DNA from: Myxococcota bacterium
GTDB taxonomy: Bacteria; Myxococcota_A; UBA9160; UBA6930
Assembly (NCBI GenBank): GCA_965223705.1
Contig: OZ245015.1
Span: forward strand, 4,064,001-4,128,000
Reading direction: 5' to 3'
DNA: 64,000 nucleotides
Shown here: positions 58,014-64,000 of the stretch, piece after piece
How positions within the stretch are numbered: the first letter of the stretch is position 1
Layout: each line of letters starts with the position of its first letter
Translations under genes and position numbers: made by a program
The notes under the pieces: generated by a model
Told to the model about the DNA's origin: nothing
The model's database searches: none
Seen by the model: the letters and a program-made list of their open reading frames with translations, nothing else

Positions 58014-58921
58014 GGAACGTTGCCCGCCGGATTCGTACGCGACAGTTCGGACGCGAGGTCGCCCTCGCCCTCGTACAAGAGCTGCATTGTCGGACCGCGC
58101 CGCTTCATCACGAACACCTGTTCGAGGCGACCGAAATCCACCGACGGTTTGACACTCGCGGTGTGCACCAACTGATCGTCGGCGAGCTGCACGGCCTCGA
58201 TCTCTCCGATGCGAAGACCTTTCGGATAAGCGCCGTCGAGGCCCGACGTCACGATGACATCACCGACTTCGACGTCGTCACCTCGGACCATGAGCACGAA
58301 CTCGAGTTCTCCGGTGCCGAGCCCGCGGACGATGCCCCGCGCGCGACTGCGTTGCGTGATTCCGGAGACGGCGCTCTGGCGATCGAGCAGGAGCATTACG
58401 CGGCCCGTGCGCGGCGACGTCGCCGTCACGATTCCGACCAACCCGGAATCCGCGACCACGGGCATCCCGGACCGCACTTCGCCGATGCTGCCCCGCTGCA
58501 GCAACACCGAGCGGAACCACGGGGAAACGTCCTGGCCGACGATTTCGGAAGGCAGCAATGGAATGTCGAAGTCTTCGCGCATTTCGACGATGCGTTGCAG
58601 GTGCCCGCTCGCGACGAGCGCTTCGCGGTACTGGAGCGCTTCTTCTTGGAGCAGGGCAATGCGCTGCTTCAAGCGTTCGTTCTCCGCGCCGAGGTCGACG
58701 AGCGCGACGTAGCGGCGCCAGGCATCGGTCGTCGCACGAACCGGAAGGGTCAGCACCTTCTGGATCGGGACCGCGATCTCGAACAGAACGCCCCGGATCC
58801 AACTTCGGTCTTCCGCATCTTCGCCGCTGGGCGCGCGCTCCTTCACCATCGACACCAGCGTCAGTGTCACGAGGAACGCAAAAAGCGCCGGCAGGCGAAT
58901 CCTCAGCAGAAATTCGCGCAT
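58010..58921 (-). CDS. mreC: Rod shape-determining protein MreC
   Basis: TM, coiled coil ENERLK, GLVG, VTSGL.G.YPKG. Confidence 0.93.
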   Translation of the reverse strand: MREFLLRIRLPALFAFLVTLTLVSMVKERAPSGEDAEDRSWIRGVLFEIAVPIQKVLTLPVRATTDAWRRYVALVDLGAENERLKQRIALLQEEALQYREALVASGHLQRIVEMREDFDIPLLPSEIVGQDVSPWFRSVLLQRGSIGEVRSGMPVVADSGLVGIVTATSPRTGRVMLLLDRQSAVSGITQRSRARGIVRGLGTGELEFVLMVRGDDVEVGDVIVTSGLDGAYPKGLRIGEIEAVQLADDQLVHTASVKPSVDFGRLEQVFVMKRRGPTMQLLYEGEGDLASELSRTNPAGNVP

Positions 58922-58942
58922 ATCCGCCGTTCTAGGGGGCCG

Positions 58943-60097
<1,155 letters not shown>

Positions 60098-60140
60098 TCA
60101 GCCTACCAACCCCGCGGGTGAGGATCAAGCAAAACACGGG

Positions 60141-60168
60141 TTGACGCGTTTCGCGAGCCAATTAGTTT
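60141..60168 (+). promoter_or_regulatory. Putative sigma70 promoter for the ppiD-like gene
   Basis: TTGACG-N16-TAGTTT in the mreB/ppiD divergent gap. Confidence 0.35.
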
Positions 60169-60226
60169 CGCTCCTCCTTTCCGGCGGCGTTGCAGCCGAT
60201 AAAGTGTTTTTCACCAGGAGGGCTCG

Positions 60227-61723
60227 ATGCTCCGCGTGTTGCGAGAAGGTCAACGTTGGCTGCTGTGGCTGGTCATCATTGGCGTGGGCGGTGTATTCGC
60301 CTTCACGTTCGGCGTAGGTGGTAGCTTTTCGCCCCAGGCGGGCGTGTCCGACGCCGTGTTTGTCGCCGGCCGTTCTTTCAATGGCCGCGACTTCGAGCGC
60401 ATCCGCGACGCGCAAATCCGCTCCTATCGCGAGCAGTACGGGCCGGCGGTGGAGCAGTTCGTCAAGAGCGGCCGCTTCGAACAAATGGCGGCCGACACGT
60501 TGGTACGCGTCGGCGTGCTCGCGTCGGAAGCCGAGCGTCTGGGAATGACCGCCAGCGACGCCGAGGTGCGCGACTACTTGCGCGACTCCCTCGGCGGCGG
60601 CGAGGTCCTCGACCGGGATGCGGTCACTCAATTCGCCCAGCGCGAGTACGGAAGCCTCCGCAGGCTGCAAGAGCGTCTACGCGACGAACTTCTCTCGAAC
60701 AAGCTGTCCCGGGTATTGCGCCGGAGTGTCTCCGTCAGTGACGCCGACGTCCGCGACGCGCTTCGCTATGCGGAGCAGGAGCTCGATATCGCGTGGATCG
60801 GTTTCGATCAGAGCAAGCTGCCGGAAGGAACGGTGCTCTCCGACGCCGAGGTCGAGAAATTTATCGAGGAGAACGCCGCTCGGATCAAAGAATCCTACGA
60901 AGCGCGCATCGACAGCTTCGACCTTCCGGAACGCGTGCGCGCGAAGCACATCCTGCTGACCGCTCCCCAAGGCGAAGAAGAACGGGCGGAAGTCCGCAAG
61001 CAGATCGAGGCGGTACGCGAGCGGATCGTCGGCGGAGAGGCCTTCGAAGACGTCGCGCGAGAAGTTTCGCAAGACCCGGGCTCCGGGAAGCGGGGCGGAG
61101 ATCTCGGCGAGTTCCGCCGCGGCACGATGGTGCCGGCCTTCGATGAGGCGGCCTTTTCCCTCGAGCCCGGTGTGCTGAGCGAGCCGGTCGAAAGCGACTA
61201 CGGATTCCATCTGATCCGGGTCGACGAAAAACTGCCTCCTGAGGTGGTCCCCCTCGAGGAAGCCCAGGATCGGATCGCCCGCGAGCTCCTCGAGTTCGAA
61301 CGCGCCAGAGCGGACGCGGAAGAAGCGTCGGAACAGCTCCTCGAGGACATCCGTTCTGGCAAGAGCCTCACGGAGGCAACGCGCGATCGCGGCCTCACCC
61401 TCGAGCGGCCGGCTCCCCTCCGGAGAAACAACCCCATCGAAGGGCTCGGCTCCGCGGTCGAGCTCGTCGAAGCCCTCTTCGCGCGTGGTGACGTCGGTTC
61501 GCTGAACCAGGTCTTCGACGTGGCGAGCCAGAAGGTGCTGGTCGAGGTCCTCGACCGGCGCATTCCGAGCGACGAGGAACTCGCCGTGAGTTTCGACGAG
61601 ACGCGGGGGCAGATGCTCCGCGACCGGCAGAACTCATTCGAGATCGCGTGGATCGACCAGCGTCGGCAGGAACTTGCCGATGCCGGGCAGCTCTACATCA
61701 ACCCGGAAATGCTCGAGCCCTAG
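60227..61723 (+). CDS. PpiD/SurA-like periplasmic chaperone with parvulin domain
   Basis: N-terminal TM, RAKHIL, SQDPGS..RGGDLG, YGFHLI. Confidence 0.9.
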   Translation: MLRVLREGQRWLLWLVIIGVGGVFAFTFGVGGSFSPQAGVSDAVFVAGRSFNGRDFERIRDAQIRSYREQYGPAVEQFVKSGRFEQMAADTLVRVGVLASEAERLGMTASDAEVRDYLRDSLGGGEVLDRDAVTQFAQREYGSLRRLQERLRDELLSNKLSRVLRRSVSVSDADVRDALRYAEQELDIAWIGFDQSKLPEGTVLSDAEVEKFIEENAARIKESYEARIDSFDLPERVRAKHILLTAPQGEEERAEVRKQIEAVRERIVGGEAFEDVAREVSQDPGSGKRGGDLGEFRRGTMVPAFDEAAFSLEPGVLSEPVESDYGFHLIRVDEKLPPEVVPLEEAQDRIARELLEFERARADAEEASEQLLEDIRSGKSLTEATRDRGLTLERPAPLRRNNPIEGLGSAVELVEALFARGDVGSLNQVFDVASQKVLVEVLDRRIPSDEELAVSFDETRGQMLRDRQNSFEIAWIDQRRQELADAGQLYINPEMLEP

Positions 61724-61744
61724 GAAGCGGCCGGCCACACCCGT

Positions 61745-63319
61745 CTACAGCGTGTGGCCGTCTTCCCCGTAGACGAACGCTTCGAGCCGTTCGCGATACT
61801 CGGAATGGCGCAGCTTCGCGAGAGCCCTTGCCTCGAGCTGCCGCACCCGCTCACGCGAGAGACCGAGCTTGCCACCGATCTCCTCGAGCGTGTGCTCGCG
61901 CTCGCCTTTGAGACCGAAGCGCCAGCGCAGAATGCTGCGTTCACGCTCGCAAAGCTGCCCGATCGAGTCGTCCGACGCGCGTTCGAGTCGAGAGTGATCG
62001 AGACCCGCGAGCGGCGAAACCGGGTTCAAGTCCGCGACGATGTCTTTCACCTTCTTCGAGTCCGTGCCGGGCACTTCCTTCTCGAGGCTCACCGGCTCCC
62101 GCACCATGCGTTGCAGCTGCTCGGCGCGCTCTTCCTCGATCCCCATATCCTCGGCGATCTCGCGCGTGGTCGGGTCGCGACCGAGCTTCTTCTCGAGCGC
62201 GTTGTAGGAGCGGTAGTACTTGAGCAGCGTGTCGTGCACGTGACTCGGGATGCGAATGGTTCGCGAGTGGTTCTGGATCGCGCGGATCAACGCCTGGCGA
62301 ATCCACCAAACCGCATACGTCGAGAACTTGTGTCCGCGCTGATACTCGAACTTTTCTACCGCCCGGATCAGACCGATGTTGCCTTCCTGGATGAGATCCT
62401 GGAACGCGATGCCCATGTTGCGGAAGTCTTTCGCAATCGCCACGACGAGCTTCAGGTTGTGCTGCACGAAGGTGTTCTTCACCTCCGACAGTCGCTCGAA
62501 GGCGTCTTCCGCCAGACCCAGCTGGTCGAGAAACGCCTGGGGCTCCATGCCAATTTCGTATTCGACACCGGCCAAGCGGTGCTCGGCCGTCGCGAGATCG
62601 TCTTCGCGTCGCTTGCGCGCCTGTTCGGTTCGCACGATCCGCTTCGGTGACTTGAGTCGAGAGATCGTCCGCATCTCGCGCTTGACGTAGCGGCGCTTGG
62701 CCAGGAGTTCGCGACGCATGCGTCCGAGAAGCTGCATCGAGAGATCCGCTTCCTTGAGCACACGCGCGGCACGCTTTTCAGTGCGCAGCACCGCTTCGGT
62801 GCGCCCGGCCTCGAGGTGAGCCTCCCGCGTCTGGAGCAGGTTCTCGATCTTCTGCAGGGACGCGTCGACGCGCGCTCCGAGATCTTCGCCCTCCGGTGAG
62901 CCGCTCCCGAAGGACTCGCACATCTTCCCCGTCGCGCGGTTCTCCGCGCGGAGGTTGTTCCAGATGCGCACCGCTTCCTTCGCGCTCCAGGGAATGGCGA
63001 TCATGTTCTCGCGAAACGAAAGCGTCGCCGCCTCGATCTCCTTCGCCAACATGACTTCCTCTTCCTTCTTCAAGGTCGGGATGTCGGCGATGTCGCGGAA
63101 ATACGAAACCAGCGACCCGCGGTCGCTCGAACGCTCGGGCTCACCGGTCGTGTTGAGGCGCTTCGGGTCGACCGAGAGCTTCTTCGTGTTTGCCGCCGCG
63201 CTGCGCGCCGCTTGAGCGTCGGTGTCGGTGCCGACCTCGACGCCTGAATTCTTGCGGAGGCCGCGCTTCGCGCGGGTTTTCGTGGCTCGCTTGCGCTCCG
63301 CGGGTTTATCCGAAATCAA
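61745..63319 (-). CDS. RpoD-like (group 2-like) sigma70 factor
   Basis: Region 1.2, a long [33 protein letters not shown] 63319 follows GGAAGGGG; no acidic region 1.1. Confidence 0.9.
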   Translation of the reverse strand: MISDKPAERKRATKTRAKRGLRKNSGVEVGTDTDAQAARSAAANTKKLSVDPKRLNTTGEPERSSDRGSLVSYFRDIADIPTLKKEEEVMLAKEIEAATLSFRENMIAIPWSAKEAVRIWNNLRAENRATGKMCESFGSGSPEGEDLGARVDASLQKIENLLQTREAHLEAGRTEAVLRTEKRAARVLKEADLSMQLLGRMRRELLAKRRYVKREMRTISRLKSPKRIVRTEQARKRREDDLATAEHRLAGVEYEIGMEPQAFLDQLGLAEDAFERLSEVKNTFVQHNLKLVVAIAKDFRNMGIAFQDLIQEGNIGLIRAVEKFEYQRGHKFSTYAVWWIRQALIRAIQNHSRTIRIPSHVHDTLLKYYRSYNALEKKLGRDPTTREIAEDMGIEEERAEQLQRMVREPVSLEKEVPGTDSKKVKDIVADLNPVSPLAGLDHSRLERASDDSIGQLCERERSILRWRFGLKGEREHTLEEIGGKLGLSRERVRQLEARALAKLRHSEYRERLEAFVYGEDGHTL

Positions 63320-63379
63320 TGTGTGTCCCCTTCCCAACCGCACGGCGGTCGGCCTCTCTCGTTCGGGTGACTGCGACCG

Positions 63380-63660
63380 AGCGCCCTTCTTGGGCGGAGT
63401 CGCGCGTCCCGGTTACTTCACAGGGGGGCTGTGAACCTCGCGCCGGACCTGAAGAGTTGGAACCCGCAGCGCCGCTTGAGTTGCGACGCGCTGCATCAAG
63501 GTCGAGAAAAACTAGCCCTCGACCCAAAATTCCGTTTATCGACAGCGACCTACAGCGCTTCCTGCAACACCTCCGCGGGCCTGGGTATCGACTCGTGGGG
63601 GTTCAGGGGGGTCTCCCCGCTAGAGGGGCTCAACCAGCCGTAGCTCAGCTACGGCTGTAT
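63380..63660 (-). other. Hairpin-rich intergenic region or possible structured 5' leader
   Basis: Five inverted repeats, including CAGCCGTAGCT-C-AGCTACGGCTG at 63635-63657. Confidence 0.45.
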
Positions 63661-63781
63661 TGCCACCACCCCGCTCAAAAAAGATGAAAATCTGCGTTCG
63701 CGTGATTCCCGTGAGAAAACGAGGCAATAGGCGATCGACGGCTTTTTGTGCGCCGCGTCACAGGTCGCCCGGTCCTTGCGG

Positions 63782-64000
63782 CTAGGCGAAAGATTGCTTC
63801 GTGTGGCGGATGAGCTCCATGAACTCGGCTCGGGTCTTGGGATCTTCCTGGAAGGCGCCGCGCATTGAGCTCGTCACGGCAAACGAGTTCTGCTGCTCGA
63901 CCCCGCGCATCATCATGCAGAGATGGATCGACTCCACGACCACCCCGACACCACGCGGATTCAGGACGCTTTCGAGGGTTTCCGCGACCTGCATCGTGAG
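63782..64000 (-). CDS. folE: GTP cyclohydrolase I (5' part beyond window end)
   Basis: GVGVVVES.HLCMMMRGV, TSSMRG.F, TRAEF. Confidence 0.93.
   Translation of the reverse strand, partial: LTMQVAETLESVLNPRGVGVVVESIHLCMMMRGVEQQNSFAVTSSMRGAFQEDPKTRAEFMELIRHTKQSFA

Overview
A GC-rich (roughly 65-70%, judged by eye), gene-dense bacterial chromosome segment with about 65 CDS and one tRNA-Asn(GTT). The gene order (mreBCD-mrdA-rodA divergent from a SurA/PpiD gene; ccsA-hemA-hemC-hemD) suggests a deltaproteobacterial/Myxococcota-type organism, which is an inference. I saw no integrase, transposase or CRISPR array. Most genes are housekeeping: greA, tatD, gltX, metG, hemB, gpmI, kdsB, polA, cysK, truD, rnhB, lpxD, hemACD, gmhA, trxA, the mre operon and folE. 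Catabolic genes include three LLM monooxygenases, a VOC ring-cleavage dioxygenase, a haloalkane dehalogenase, a fused IOR and an ALDH. The best candidate for an undescribed system is the 9.1-25.5 kb block after tRNA-Asn. There, four normally Zn/Cys-liganded proteins (GltX, MetG, HemB and the GCH-II domain of RibBA) lack their Cys ligands. They sit with a COG0523 metallochaperone fused to a molybdopterin-oxidoreductase-like domain, a PTPS-III-type pterin enzyme, and a His/Met-rich outer-membrane barrel preceded by a Cys-rich DUF2946/CruR-like leader. Other oddities: a RibBA homologue with both active sites degenerate, an ECF/NrsF pair coupled to an NrtS-like membrane protein, a 35-bp duplication forming a 12-codon relay minigene, a probable CTG start for ridA, and a hairpin-rich leader upstream of a group-2-like sigma factor. 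All calls come from motif recognition by eye; no searches were run.
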